Assembly (NCBI GenBank): GCA_051003155.1 | Contig: JBPCLO010000051.1 | Span: 1-64,000 of the forward strand | Direction of reading: 5' to 3' | From: Fimbriimonadales bacterium | GTDB taxonomy: Bacteria > Armatimonadota > Fimbriimonadia > Fimbriimonadales > ATM1 | DNA length: 64,000 nucleotides | In this document: positions 8,881 through 18,706 of the stretch, one piece after another | Numbering within the stretch: the stretch's first letter is position 1 | Layout: the number at the start of each line of letters is the position of its first letter | Translations under genes and position numbers: made by a program | Notes under the pieces: generated by a model | The model's database searches: none | Seen by the model: the letters and a program-made list of their open reading frames with translations, nothing else | Told to the model about the DNA's origin: nothing

Positions 8881-10341
8881 CTATCGAGAGATCATACTTA
8901 GCCGGTTCAGGTTCTTCCTCGCCTCCCCGTAGTTGGCTTCGAGGGCCAGCGCCTGCCGGTACATGTAGAGAGCTTCCTTCTTGCGATTCAACCGTTCGAG
9001 AGTCAGCCCAAGGTTGTTGAACGCCACAACATTGCGACGATCGGCCCGTACTGATGCTCTAAACCTGCTTTCGGCAACGGCCATCTTGTTTTCTTTGTAT
9101 GCCAAGTTGCCCATTCCGAGAAGCGCGCCCGAGTTGTTCGAGTCGTTCATCAGCACCTTGCGATAGTGATAGTGTGCACCCTTCATATCGTTCCGTCGGT
9201 ACTTAACGTGCCCGAGTTGAACGTGGACGTCGCTGTACTTCGAAGGTTCGTCTGCCCTTTCTGTGTGCAGGACCTCTTTCCATACCGGGATAGCCGCGTT
9301 GACGTTGTTATTGTAGACCTGGGCAGCGGCGAGGTTGATGCGAGCATCCATGTCGTTCGGCCGCATCCCGACCACTTTCGCGAACGAATCGGCCGCATCT
9401 GAGTATTGCCCCGCGTGGAACTGGGCAAGGCCCAGGTTGTTGAGAGATTCGGCGTGCTCGGCGTTAATAGCCAGAGCCTTGCGGTAGGACTCCGCCGCTG
9501 CGGCGTGATTCCCGGACTTGCCCTGCATCACGCCGAGGTTGTACCAAAGGCTGGCGCTGTTTGCCCCTGCGCTTGTGGCGCGCTCGATGGCGGCGGTGGC
9601 CTTCTCTTCGTTTCCGGTTTCGCTGTATGCGCGCGCCAAGGCGGTGCTCACGTCGGCATTCTGTTCGGCAGCCTCAAGGTAGGGGATGGCGTCTGCGTAC
9701 CTTCCGGCTCTTGCCATGGCCATGCCCGCGTTCTGGTTGAACATCGAATTACTCGACGACATTCTGGCGGCGTCTGCAAAGTGGCTCGCTGCCTCCGCAT
9801 CGCGCCCGAGCACGGTAAGCGACACGCCTAGATTGTTATGCGTCGCGGCATCGTCGGACTTTATCTCGATGGCCCTCATGTATGAGGAGACCGCCATCTC
9901 GTGTTCGCCTTTGTGAGCGTGAATGTTGCCGAGATTGTTGTGGGCGTCGAATGAATCGGGCTTGATCTCGGCAGCCTTTGTGTAGGCGTCGAGAGCCTTG
10001 TTCTTATCGTCCGCCCCCATGTACGCCGCACCGAGATTGTTCAAAATCTGAACATTGTCTGGCGAGGCTGCCCTGGCCCGCTCGAGCGGCGCGATCGCAT
10101 CCGCGTGGCGGTTCATCTTCAAGTAAACGAAGCCAAGCCAACTGTTGACCTCTGCATTGTTCGGAGCTTGCTGAGCAAGGCTCTCCAGCCCGCTCGCCGC
10201 ACCGGACAAATCGTTGTCATTATAAAGCTTGACAGCCTCGTTGAACTTCACCTGAAACTCATGGTCTTGAGCAATGCCCGACGCGAACAGCGTCAGAAGG
10301 GCTAGTGGCCACACTATACGTAATAGACTCTTCATTTTCAT
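8881..10341 (-). CDS. exported tetratricopeptide repeat protein
   Basis: Signal peptide followed by many TPR repeats (NNLG..Y, YNLG, A...Y.KAL). Confidence 0.9.
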   Translation of the reverse strand: MKMKSLLRIVWPLALLTLFASGIAQDHEFQVKFNEAVKLYNDNDLSGAASGLESLAQQAPNNAEVNSWLGFVYLKMNRHADAIAPLERARAASPDNVQILNNLGAAYMGADDKNKALDAYTKAAEIKPDSFDAHNNLGNIHAHKGEHEMAVSSYMRAIEIKSDDAATHNNLGVSLTVLGRDAEAASHFADAARMSSSNSMFNQNAGMAMARAGRYADAIPYLEAAEQNADVSTALARAYSETGNEEKATAAIERATSAGANSASLWYNLGVMQGKSGNHAAAAESYRKALAINAEHAESLNNLGLAQFHAGQYSDAADSFAKVVGMRPNDMDARINLAAAQVYNNNVNAAIPVWKEVLHTERADEPSKYSDVHVQLGHVKYRRNDMKGAHYHYRKVLMNDSNNSGALLGMGNLAYKENKMAVAESRFRASVRADRRNVVAFNNLGLTLERLNRKKEALYMYRQALALEANYGEARKNLNRLSMISR

Positions 10342-10454
10342 GTCCCTCTTATCCTCAGTTGTAAAACAGTATCGCACGCTATGCGAAGCTGACTATAGTA
10401 TATACCCAGACTTCGCATTGCGAACCGGTCAGTCACGAATATAATATACGCCAG

Positions 10455-11303
10455 ATGAATAACAGCGGTAGTGCAGGACGTCGCGGATGCGGGCTAGGTG
10501 GCGCCAAGCTGATCATTGCGCTGATCATGGCCGCGGTCGCTGTAATATCCTATATGAGCAGGACCGAGAAAAACCCGGTAACCGGCGAGAAGCAGCGGGT
10601 CGCCATGACGGTTGAGCAGGAGATCGCCCTCGGTTTGCAGGCAGCGCCGGGAATGACCCAGCAGTTCGGCGGTCTCGATCCCGACCAAGCCGCGCAACAA
10701 CTGGTCGACAAGGTCGGAAGCCAGATCGTCGCGAGGAGCGTCCCCACCGATAACCCTTTCAAGAAGCATTTCCAGTTCCACGTGCTCGAGGACGCTCAGA
10801 CAATCAACGCCTTTGCCTTGCCCGGTGGCCAGATCTTCATCACACGAGCTTTGCTGAGCAAGCTCGAGACCGAGGGTCAGCTCGCGGGCATCTTGGGTCA
10901 CGAGATCGGGCACGTTCTTGCTCGCCATAGCGCCGAACAGGCTGCGAAGCAACAGTTGACCCAAGGCCTTGCCGGGGCGGCCGTCATTGCTACCTATGAT
11001 CCATCGAATCCGGCGAGCCGCAATAGCGCCCAAGTTGCGCAAATGATCGGCGCCCTGATCAACATGAAATACGGCCGCGCAGATGAGCTCGAATCGGACA
11101 AGCTCGGCGTAGGGTTCGTGGCAAAATCCGGCTACGACCCGCGGTCGCTGGTTGGTGTTATGAAAATCCTTGCGCAGTCGGGCGGCCGCGGCGGGCCAGA
11201 GTTCTTTAGTACCCACCCCAATCCTGAGAACCGAGTAGAAAAGATCGGCGAAGCGATTCAGGGCGCATTCCCGAATGGCGTCCCCGCAGGCTTGAAAAAG
11301 TAG
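10455..11303 (+). CDS. M48 family zinc metalloprotease
   Basis: Motifs INAFALPGG, HEIGH, E.ESD and FSTHP. Confidence 0.92.
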   Translation: MNNSGSAGRRGCGLGGAKLIIALIMAAVAVISYMSRTEKNPVTGEKQRVAMTVEQEIALGLQAAPGMTQQFGGLDPDQAAQQLVDKVGSQIVARSVPTDNPFKKHFQFHVLEDAQTINAFALPGGQIFITRALLSKLETEGQLAGILGHEIGHVLARHSAEQAAKQQLTQGLAGAAVIATYDPSNPASRNSAQVAQMIGALINMKYGRADELESDKLGVGFVAKSGYDPRSLVGVMKILAQSGGRGGPEFFSTHPNPENRVEKIGEAIQGAFPNGVPAGLKK

Positions 11304-11349
11304 CAACGATCACCCATAGCATGGCGTAGTTACTACGAGGAGCAAAACC

Positions 11350-11517
11350 ATGAACCTCGATATGAACCGAATGAAATCGCCGTGGACTGCGCTGGCAGTC
11401 CTGGGAGCTTTGGCTGTCGTCGCAAAGATTCGCCGTCATCGGCGGGAGCGCGACGACCGGAACCGTTCCAGCGAACATTTGGACGCTGCCGGCCGCGCCC
11501 CCAAGCACCCGGTGTGA
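11350..11517 (+). CDS. small (55 aa) single-TM protein
   Basis: GAGGAG RBS, then MNLDMNRMKSPWTALAVLGALAVVAKIRRHRRER...; not in the ORF track (too short). Confidence 0.5.
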   Translation: MNLDMNRMKSPWTALAVLGALAVVAKIRRHRRERDDRNRSSEHLDAAGRAPKHPV

Positions 11518-11544
11518 TGCTCCCGTAACTTGCAGGAGGTACTA

Positions 11545-11883
11545 ATGTCTCAATCAGAAGAAGCTCGCGTCTACTCCACGACGGCAATCGTAGTCACGTT
11601 GCTTGTTATAGTAGCCGTCATTCTCCTTGCCTACTTTGCATGGTGGGCACCCAACAACACGGGGCCCGACACCGTTGTCAATAACCCGGCTCCGGTAGTC
11701 GTTCCCGACACAACGCCCGACACTACTATTATCACCCCGCCCGCTTCGGGAGCGCCAGGCGCCCCAGGACCGGCAGGCCCCGCCGGTGAGCCTGGACCTG
11801 CAGGTCCGCAGGGTGAGCCGGGCGGCACTGGTTCCGGCGGCGGCTCGTCAGGCGAATCGGGAGGATCTACCTCCGGCGGCTAA
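11545..11883 (+). CDS. small membrane-anchored protein with collagen-like Gly-X-Y tail
   Basis: AGGAGG RBS; one TM helix; GAPGAPGPAGPAGEPGPAGPQGEPG. Confidence 0.75.
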   Translation: MSQSEEARVYSTTAIVVTLLVIVAVILLAYFAWWAPNNTGPDTVVNNPAPVVVPDTTPDTTIITPPASGAPGAPGPAGPAGEPGPAGPQGEPGGTGSGGGSSGESGGSTSGG

Positions 11884-11908
11884 TCTACTGCGGATAGCGC
11901 AATCGAAT

Positions 11909-11947
11909 GAAGACAATCTCTAATAAACGGAGGTTGTCTTCTTTCTT
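11909..11947 (+). terminator. rho-independent terminator
   Basis: GAAGACAATCTC / GAGGTTGTCTTC stem followed by TTTCTT. Confidence 0.65.
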
Positions 11948-11959
11948 GTATGATCTCCA

Positions 11960-12385
11960 TTGATGACCCCGCAAGAACTCTTGAACTGGCAGCTCCAACA
12001 CGTAGGGAAGCAATTGATGAAGGCATATGAAGGGATGGCTTCCTCGAGCTGGGATCACCGCAATTCGCCGGGGGCCATGTCTCCCCGCGAAGCGGCGGAA
12101 CATTTATGCGAGTGCTACACGGCGTTCAATACCACTGCGGCCGGAGGCAAGCACGAGTGGGGAAGCTTTCAGCTCGTCGACAAGTCGGAAGCCAACCTGA
12201 TTGCCACGATGAACACGATTCGCTGTCAGGCCGTCGCCACCGCCGTGGGAGCCGATGACGAAAATCTCCATCGTGAAGCGACCGAGTACCTCCTCACCCA
12301 CGACGCATACCATGTGGGCCAGTTATGCGCATCACGGCTTGACAGTGACCCTAACTGGAACGCCTCCGCGATTTACGAAGAGTAG
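11960..12385 (+). CDS. DinB family protein
   Basis: Motifs SPREAAEHL and HDAYHVGQL. Confidence 0.8.
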   Translation: MMTPQELLNWQLQHVGKQLMKAYEGMASSSWDHRNSPGAMSPREAAEHLCECYTAFNTTAAGGKHEWGSFQLVDKSEANLIATMNTIRCQAVATAVGADDENLHREATEYLLTHDAYHVGQLCASRLDSDPNWNASAIYEE

Positions 12386-12390
12386 CCCTA

Positions 12391-14046
12391 CTACGGCGTA
12401 TACGTCACGAACTCCCGGTCCACTTTCGTGAACCAAGGGAAGGGCAGGGCCCGCATCGCCCTGTGGCGCACCCGGGTTATGACTTCATTGCTGCCTCCGA
12501 TGTGATGCAACGGATTTGGGACAGTTACCGTCTTCGCGAGGTCGGGTTCGCCCCCGAAGGGCAACATTGTCGTGTCCAGGATGGTCCACGAGGAGGTCGT
12601 GTGGTTCCAGACCTCGATGATCTGGCGCAAGTTAGCCGTATTTCCCCGAGACTCACAAGAGACGTTGAGCTCCACAGGGGCATTTCCGGGAAGAACGTGA
12701 GTGAGAACGATCCTTATCGGATCGATCGCCGGCGCCACGACCCAGACGGGAGCGAGCTTCCAATAGAAGTCGTCGCTGGCAAGCAGGTCGTGGTGCGAGC
12801 CTCCAATGCTCCGCCCTGGGTCAAGAACCGCTCGGGAATGTTCAACGACCGTTGCCATCGCCTGCGTTTCGAATCTAGCGCTCAAATTGGCGACCAAATT
12901 GTTGTATCCCCATTCGGTGTCCGGCCATGACGTAGGATCGAAAGTAGGGTTGCCGAACCAGAACGGGCTGAAATCGCCGTTGGAATCGCGCCCCCAGCAT
13001 GCGATGCCGCTCGATCCCGGCGATGGACCGGTCTTCAGGACAAGTTGCCCTCCGTTGCCGCTAACCTGAGTCAAGCCTCCGCCCCAGCGGACCGTCCATA
13101 CGACGCTGTCAGGTACCTGCACGTTTGGGAACACGGTCATTGAGTGCGGGCCGTTCGAAGTGTTGATCGGCATCGGCGGCGATTCATAGAGCAAAGTAGC
13201 CGGCAAGCCTTCCGATGTCATATTGTCACGGGAGTAAAAGCGGATGATCGCGGATTCGAAACCTGTTGGCGTACCCGTGATATCGGTTATGTACTCGAAC
13301 GTGAACGATGCTATATTTCTCCCGGAACCTTCGAAGGCTGCGTCATCGCCGAACTCGAGCTGGTTCATGACCCCTTCGGTCCTGCTAGTCGCCGCCATCG
13401 TGTCGAAAATAGTCCCCTCTGGGCCGCCGTTGGCCCAGAGGGTCGCGCCGAAAGAGCCGTAAGGAGTCGTCCCGTTGGAATAGTCCCACTCGGTGTAGCT
13501 CCAGCCTTCACCCGGGTCTGCTCGCTGCCAAACCGAGATATCGCTCGCTCCAACGCTCGGAGGGCCGAAGTAGTAAAGCCCGATTCGGTTGCCTGGGTTG
13601 CCGTCTGGTCCCTCGAAAGCCGCCGTCCATATAAGCGTTGCGGGCACGATCACGTTCGGAACAGGAACCCGTTGCGATCGCCAACCTGCGTAGACAGTCA
13701 GTGAACCGCTGTCCCAGAGCAAGGTTCCCGGAGACGGCCTCGGTGGAGAGCCCACCGCAGGGCCATCCGGGGCATAAAACCGGATTCTTATTCGCTCGTT
13801 GCCAGTGGGGATCAAGAGGTCTGTAGCATAGTAAACGGTCATCTCCGTGACATTCCGATTGGCGCCCACGAGCGTTACTTCGTCGCCCCATTCTTGGAAA
13901 TAACCGGTTATCTCGTGCACTTGGCCCGGTTGGAAGAAGTTTGTTGCCTTCCGGTCCTCAGGGCCGTTCCTATAAACGCTTCCTCCGGTCGCGTAAGCAC
14001 CGACCGTAAGAGCCGCGCTTAGCACGGCCAGAGCTGTAGTCTTCAT
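12391..14046 (-). CDS. exported protein with two tandem beta-rich repeats and a distinct C-terminal domain
   Basis: Signal peptide and AAGGAA RBS. Internal repeat EWGDEVTL..IRFY..TLLWDS..PNVIVP vs EFGDDAAF..IRFY..TLLYES..PNVQVP. Confidence 0.8.
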   Translation of the reverse strand: MKTTALAVLSAALTVGAYATGGSVYRNGPEDRKATNFFQPGQVHEITGYFQEWGDEVTLVGANRNVTEMTVYYATDLLIPTGNERIRIRFYAPDGPAVGSPPRPSPGTLLWDSGSLTVYAGWRSQRVPVPNVIVPATLIWTAAFEGPDGNPGNRIGLYYFGPPSVGASDISVWQRADPGEGWSYTEWDYSNGTTPYGSFGATLWANGGPEGTIFDTMAATSRTEGVMNQLEFGDDAAFEGSGRNIASFTFEYITDITGTPTGFESAIIRFYSRDNMTSEGLPATLLYESPPMPINTSNGPHSMTVFPNVQVPDSVVWTVRWGGGLTQVSGNGGQLVLKTGPSPGSSGIACWGRDSNGDFSPFWFGNPTFDPTSWPDTEWGYNNLVANLSARFETQAMATVVEHSRAVLDPGRSIGGSHHDLLASDDFYWKLAPVWVVAPAIDPIRIVLTHVLPGNAPVELNVSCESRGNTANLRQIIEVWNHTTSSWTILDTTMLPFGGEPDLAKTVTVPNPLHHIGGSNEVITRVRHRAMRALPFPWFTKVDREFVTYTP

Positions 14047-14215
14047 TTTTAAATTCCTTCCTTAAAGGCTTCTCGGCCGCAAGCTTTTTCTCTCGAGAAG
14101 GCGAACCTTCTCTGCACTTAAGATACCCCGAAATAATTCGGGCGTGATAGGTACAAACGCTCAAACTTTCGTCGGATTTGGACACTGGACGATTTACGAG
14201 GGCACTTAATCGGTG

Positions 14216-14490
14216 ATGAGCGCAACGTTGGCTCAGTCAGAGGAACCAGGCAAGGGACACGGCAACTCAGGCGCATCAGTGAGAACTGTGGACTAGAATT
14301 CCCATTTTGACAACCAGCGATACGACGACCACGGTGATCTCCCCCCGAATCCGAACAGGTTTATCCGGAACGGAAGCGTTGCGGTTCAAGCCAGGATTGC
14401 CAGGAGGCTACGGAACCTGTCTTCGTCTTCCCGTGGATGACCCGAGTGGACCAAGCCATGTGGAGGATCACCCGTAAGGCCGCTGACCAA
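14216..14490 (+). pseudogene. decayed remnant of a C-terminal domain paralogous to that of 12391-14046
   Basis: Frame-hopping TTSDTTTTVI / PNPNRFI..VQARIA / ATEPVFVFPWMTRVDQAMWRIT resembles KTVTVPNPLHHI..VITRVRHRAMRALPFPWFTKVDREFVT. Confidence 0.5.
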
Positions 14491-14495
14491 ATGCT

Positions 14496-14524
14496 AAAGC
14501 CGCCGCAATGCGGTGCCTTTTTCT
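14496..14524 (+). terminator. putative intrinsic terminator
   Basis: AAAGCCGCCGC-AAT-GCGGTGCCTTT followed by TTCT. Confidence 0.4.
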
Positions 14525-14540
14525 GTTCCTCCCGGGGCTT

Positions 14541-15327
14541 CTACCTGCGGCGGCGGATGGCTAGGATTCCCATGCCAAATGTCAGCGCGGCGATTGTGGT
14601 CGGTTTCGGCACCGGGGTGATGGCCAAGCGCTCGAAGCCAAAGAGCGGCGCACCGGCAACGTCCACAATGTTGGCCACGAAGGTTGCCTCACCGGTAGTC
14701 GTATCTACAGTGTAGGTACGGCCTCCGCTGACGATCATCCAAAGTTGATCCGCGTCATCGAAGGCTGAGCCCACTTCCTGCGCCACGTCGCCCAGATTCA
14801 ACCACCGATCAGGGACTGGCTGCCGTCGGCCAAATCAACCGAGTACAACGCATCGCGAAACATCCAGTCTGCCGAGTAGGCGTTGCGGCCGAGTCGATCG
14901 CCAGGTTGTCTCCGAAGATTGTCGAACTGCCCACGAGCGTAGCGGCACCCGTGCCCACGTCGATGGTGTACAGGCTCGAGATTCCTTCGGCTCCATTCAA
15001 GTTGTAAATGGTGCCGTTATGGAACTCCAATCCGGCGCCGCTTCCGTCGCGGTCTCCGGTCATGCCGATCATCGAGCCGGGCAGGACCGTTATGTCCCAG
15101 AACTCGTCGGTCCCGCCGCCGATCGTGTAGAGGTTTCCAGAATCGTCGAACGTCAAACCTTCCCCGTCACTGAACGCGACCTTGCCCAGGTCGGTCGCGA
15201 CACCCGTATTCAGATTGATTTCCCAAAGATGGTCGTTGGCGTTCGTGTTGATCGAGTAGCCAATAACATCTCCCGTAAGAGCCGAAGCCGCAAGCGCCGA
15301 AATGCAGGCGACAACAAGGGTTCGCAT
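14541..15327 (-). pseudogene. frameshifted PEP-CTERM sorting domain protein (beta-propeller-like)
   Basis: Signal peptide ORF; shifts near 14890 and 14800 restore NAYSADWMFRDALYSVDLADGSQSLIGG-LNLGD.... It ends PVPKPTTIAALTFGMGILAIRRRR. Confidence 0.75.
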
Positions 15328-15466
15328 TTTGATTCTCCTTTTCCCATTTCGCCCTTGAACTTAGGGCTGTACTAGGTATCTACTCACTTTCTACCGATCT
15401 GATTCGCGCTCAGGATGTAACCGCGGTCGCGGGGCGCAGCGAAAGAGGTAACTTTGCCGGAATCCC

Positions 15467-17617
15467 ATGAAAGCCATCCACTTAGCGAGCCTCTCGCTGT
15501 TATTGATCGGTAGCGCCCAAGCGCAATCGGATCTGCTGCCGGAGGCCATCGCTCGTCCCTCTCCTTTCTCGGCGCCAGCTGCGAAAGTTCAGCACGCCCC
15601 AGAACGGCAATTCGACTTGCTTCACTTGCGAGTTACCCTACACGTCGACTATCCTGCGCGAACCATCAAGGGAACCTCGATGAACCGAATCCGTCCGCTG
15701 ACGAGTGGAGGAACACAACTGGTCCTTCACGCAGGCAAACCTGTTGAGGTCTCGGGTGTCCTGATCGACCGGCGTCCGGCCACCTACAGGCGTGACGGAG
15801 AGCGCCTGCTCATTACGACGGCACCAATTAAGAAGGAACGAACGACGGAGGTGGAGGTCCGTTTTTCTTCGAAAAAGGGGAAGGGCGGCTTTCATTGGAT
15901 CGAGTCGAGGACCGGGCAGCCGGAGCGCGCCGGCTTCTGGACACAAGGCGAAACCGAGTTGAACCGTGACTGGGCGCCCACGTGGGACTACCCCAACGAC
16001 TTCACGACCAGTGAAACGATCACGACTGTCCCTGCGGACTGGAGCGTCGTGGGCAACGGCAAGCTGATTTCGAACCGCGTCGCCGGCGGGAGACGCACGT
16101 TCACCTGGCGCATGGACCAGCCGCACGCAACCTACTTGCTCAGCTTAGTCGGCGGGCCGCTCGAAATTCGCCAGGACACCTGGCAAGGCGTGGAACTCCT
16201 CTATACAGTCCCCAAGGGGAAGGCCCACCTCATCGAAGATTCCTTCGGCGACACCAAAGACATGCTTTCTTACTTCTCGGGCATCCTCGGCGTCAAGTAC
16301 CCCTGGAGCAAATACGCCCAGAACGCGATGTACGATTTCGGCGGCGGAATGGAGAACATCAGCTCCACGACCCTCGGACAGGACGCGCTGACCGAAAGGC
16401 GCGAGGGCTTCAGGGCGATGGCCGGGCTAAACGCCCACGAGCTCGCCCACCAATGGTTCGGCGACCTGGTAACGTGTGCCAACTGGGGCGAACTCTGGCT
16501 GAACGAGGGCTTCGCCACTTTCTTCGGTGCTCTCTACTCGGGCCACAGCCGCGGCCGCCACGCCTACGACCAAGAGATCGAAGGCCATATGCAAGGGTAC
16601 TTCCAAGAATCCCGCAGGTACAAGCGGCCGCTCTCCACGAATTTCTTTTCCGACCCCGAGGCGATGTTCGACGCGCACAGCTACCCCAAAGGCTCGGCGG
16701 TCTTGCACACTCTGCGCCGCTACATGGGTGACAGAGCGTTTCTCAAGGGGCTAAACCACTACCTTCGCACTTATCGCCATAAATCGGTCACCAGCCTGCA
16801 GCTCGCCCAGTCCATCTCAGCCGCCACGGGGATCGATGTCAAGCCGTTCTTCGATCAATGGGTTTTCAAGCCGGGCCATCCAGTTATAGCACACAGCTGG
16901 ACTTGGGAGGAGAGAACCAAGAGGGCATACGTATCCATTGAGCAGAAGCAGAATACAGCTGACGGAACACCCATCTACGACCTCCATGTGGAGATTGGTT
17001 TGATTTCCGAAGGGAAGTTGACCCGCAAGAAACTACGGAGCCATTTAGCAGGCTTGCTCTACCCAATTAGCCTAACCTCGAAGCCCGATGCTATTATCTT
17101 CGACCCCGACCACGATTTCCTTCGCGAGATTCCCAGTTTGAACTGGAGCACGTGGGAACTTGCACCGATCCTGGAATTCGCCCCGTGCGGTTTGGATCGC
17201 ACGGAGGCCATGCGCCGCCTACTCGCGAACAATCCTACCGCCGAATCCATCACGCTCGCGCAGCGCATGGTTCGGGCGGATAACGGCATGTTCCCGTCGA
17301 TCACCACGATCGAGCCGCTCGGCAATCTCGCGAAGCCGGAACTGCGCGGCCTGTTCCTCGATTTCCTGCGCCACAAGAGTTTCAGCCGGCGAGCGGAGGC
17401 CGTTTCTGCCTTGTCCAAGCTTCCCGAAGACGGCGCGACGACTGCGAGGCTCCGGGCCCTCATTAACGCAACCGACCCGGTCGATGTCGTCGTGGCATCC
17501 ATCAAAGCTCTCGATAAACTGAACCCGAAGGCGAACGAGGCCGTAATCCGCAGAGCCCTGTCGATCCCGTCGCTCCGAGGGGAGATCAAAGCCGCCGCAA
17601 CCGAGGCGCTGAAATAG
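15467..17617 (+). CDS. M1 family aminopeptidase with C-terminal HEAT-like repeats
   Basis: Motifs GGMEN, HELAHQWFGDLVT...WLNEGFA and YPKG; signal peptide. Confidence 0.93.
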   Translation: MKAIHLASLSLLLIGSAQAQSDLLPEAIARPSPFSAPAAKVQHAPERQFDLLHLRVTLHVDYPARTIKGTSMNRIRPLTSGGTQLVLHAGKPVEVSGVLIDRRPATYRRDGERLLITTAPIKKERTTEVEVRFSSKKGKGGFHWIESRTGQPERAGFWTQGETELNRDWAPTWDYPNDFTTSETITTVPADWSVVGNGKLISNRVAGGRRTFTWRMDQPHATYLLSLVGGPLEIRQDTWQGVELLYTVPKGKAHLIEDSFGDTKDMLSYFSGILGVKYPWSKYAQNAMYDFGGGMENISSTTLGQDALTERREGFRAMAGLNAHELAHQWFGDLVTCANWGELWLNEGFATFFGALYSGHSRGRHAYDQEIEGHMQGYFQESRRYKRPLSTNFFSDPEAMFDAHSYPKGSAVLHTLRRYMGDRAFLKGLNHYLRTYRHKSVTSLQLAQSISAATGIDVKPFFDQWVFKPGHPVIAHSWTWEERTKRAYVSIEQKQNTADGTPIYDLHVEIGLISEGKLTRKKLRSHLAGLLYPISLTSKPDAIIFDPDHDFLREIPSLNWSTWELAPILEFAPCGLDRTEAMRRLLANNPTAESITLAQRMVRADNGMFPSITTIEPLGNLAKPELRGLFLDFLRHKSFSRRAEAVSALSKLPEDGATTARLRALINATDPVDVVVASIKALDKLNPKANEAVIRRALSIPSLRGEIKAAATEALK

Positions 17618-17765
17618 AGTTCGCTTCTGAAGATGCGTCTAACCTGATGATGACCGGGAAGGCAACAAATGCGATCAGTGCCAAGACTATGGCGAGGAAC
17701 TCTTCGCCGACAGCGTCCAATACGCTGGCTGTCAGGCGAACTAAGCGCTCTGAGAGTCGCTTCAT
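17586..17765 (-). CDS. possible small membrane protein (59 aa)
   Basis: MKRLSERLVRLTASVLDAVGEEFLAIVLALIAFVAFPVIIR... contains one hydrophobic helix; overlaps the end of the M1 gene. Confidence 0.3.
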   Translation of the reverse strand: MKRLSERLVRLTASVLDAVGEEFLAIVLALIAFVAFPVIIRLDASSEANSISAPRLRRL

Positions 17766-17954
17766 CTTTTTATAGCGAGTTTTCCCGGCTAGGATTCTAA
17801 CCTAAATTTCTTCGCTAGACCGCATGCGGGGTTCCGTAGATCGCCCGCGGCGTTCGCGAGATCGCTCACTGCCCCCGCTAGATGGCCTAGCGCCCGCGCC
17901 AAATCGCCTAGCGCTCCTCCAGATCGCGTGGCGAAGAAGGGTCGTGAAGCAAGG

Positions 17955-18028
17955 TGGCTGGCGGACTAGGATTCGAACCTAGATTCTTAGAGTCAAAGTC
18001 TAATGTCCTGCCATTGGACGATCCGCCA
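17955..18028 (-). tRNA. tRNA-Gln(TTG)
   Basis: TGGCGGATCGTCCAATGGCAGGACATTAGACTTTGACTCTAAGAATCTAGGTTCGAATCCTAGTCCGCCAGCCA. Confidence 0.93.
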
Positions 18029-18082
18029 ATGCGAGGCGAGTATACCGGCAGGGCCTGGGTTCCACCCTTCATAATCACGCCC

Positions 18083-18706
18083 GTGTTTCGCCGGAAGTCC
18101 AAGGAGCGGGTTCAGCCCGAGTGGATCATCGTTGGCCTCGGCAACCCGGGCGGCGAGTATGACGGGACGCGCCACAACGTCGGTTTCGAGGTCGTCCGAA
18201 TCCTGGCGGAAGGCAACGCAATCAAACTCGACACTCGGAGGTTTCAATCCCACTTCGGCGTCGGCAATATGGGCGAAAAGCCCGTCGCTCTCGTGAGGCC
18301 GATGACATACATGAACCTGAGCGGCCAAGCTGTAGCCACGCTCCTGCAGCACTTCAACCGAGGGCCCGACCGGCTCGTCGTCGTTTACGACGATATGGAC
18401 TTGCGCGTGGGGCGAGTTCAAATCCGGCCCCACGGCGGCGCGGGCTCGCATAACGGCATGAAGAATATCATTGCCCTCTTGGCGACCAGGGGCTTTCCGC
18501 GAGTCCGCATCGGAATCGGCGGCCCGTCGGCGAGCGGGATCGAACATGTCCTCAGCCACTTCCACCGGGACGAGATCGACGCCATTCGCGACGCGATCGC
18601 GGCCGCTGCCGAAGGTTGCGCGCTGATCGTGGCCGAGGGCGTTCCGCTCGCGATGAACCGAATCAACAAACCCGGGGGGGGCCTTGAACTGGAAAGCTCT
18701 GAGTGA
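18083..18706 (+). CDS. pth: peptidyl-tRNA hydrolase
   Basis: Motifs IVGLGNPG, TRHNVGF, TYMNLSG, DDMDL, GSHNG and RVRIGIG. Start approximate. Confidence 0.95.
   Translation: MFRRKSKERVQPEWIIVGLGNPGGEYDGTRHNVGFEVVRILAEGNAIKLDTRRFQSHFGVGNMGEKPVALVRPMTYMNLSGQAVATLLQHFNRGPDRLVVVYDDMDLRVGRVQIRPHGGAGSHNGMKNIIALLATRGFPRVRIGIGGPSASGIEHVLSHFHRDEIDAIRDAIAAAAEGCALIVAEGVPLAMNRINKPGGGLELESSE

Noticed and set aside
14050..14520. Riboswitch or ncRNA in the long intergenic region
   Set aside because: No recognisable riboswitch consensus; much of it translates as a decayed protein-domain remnant.
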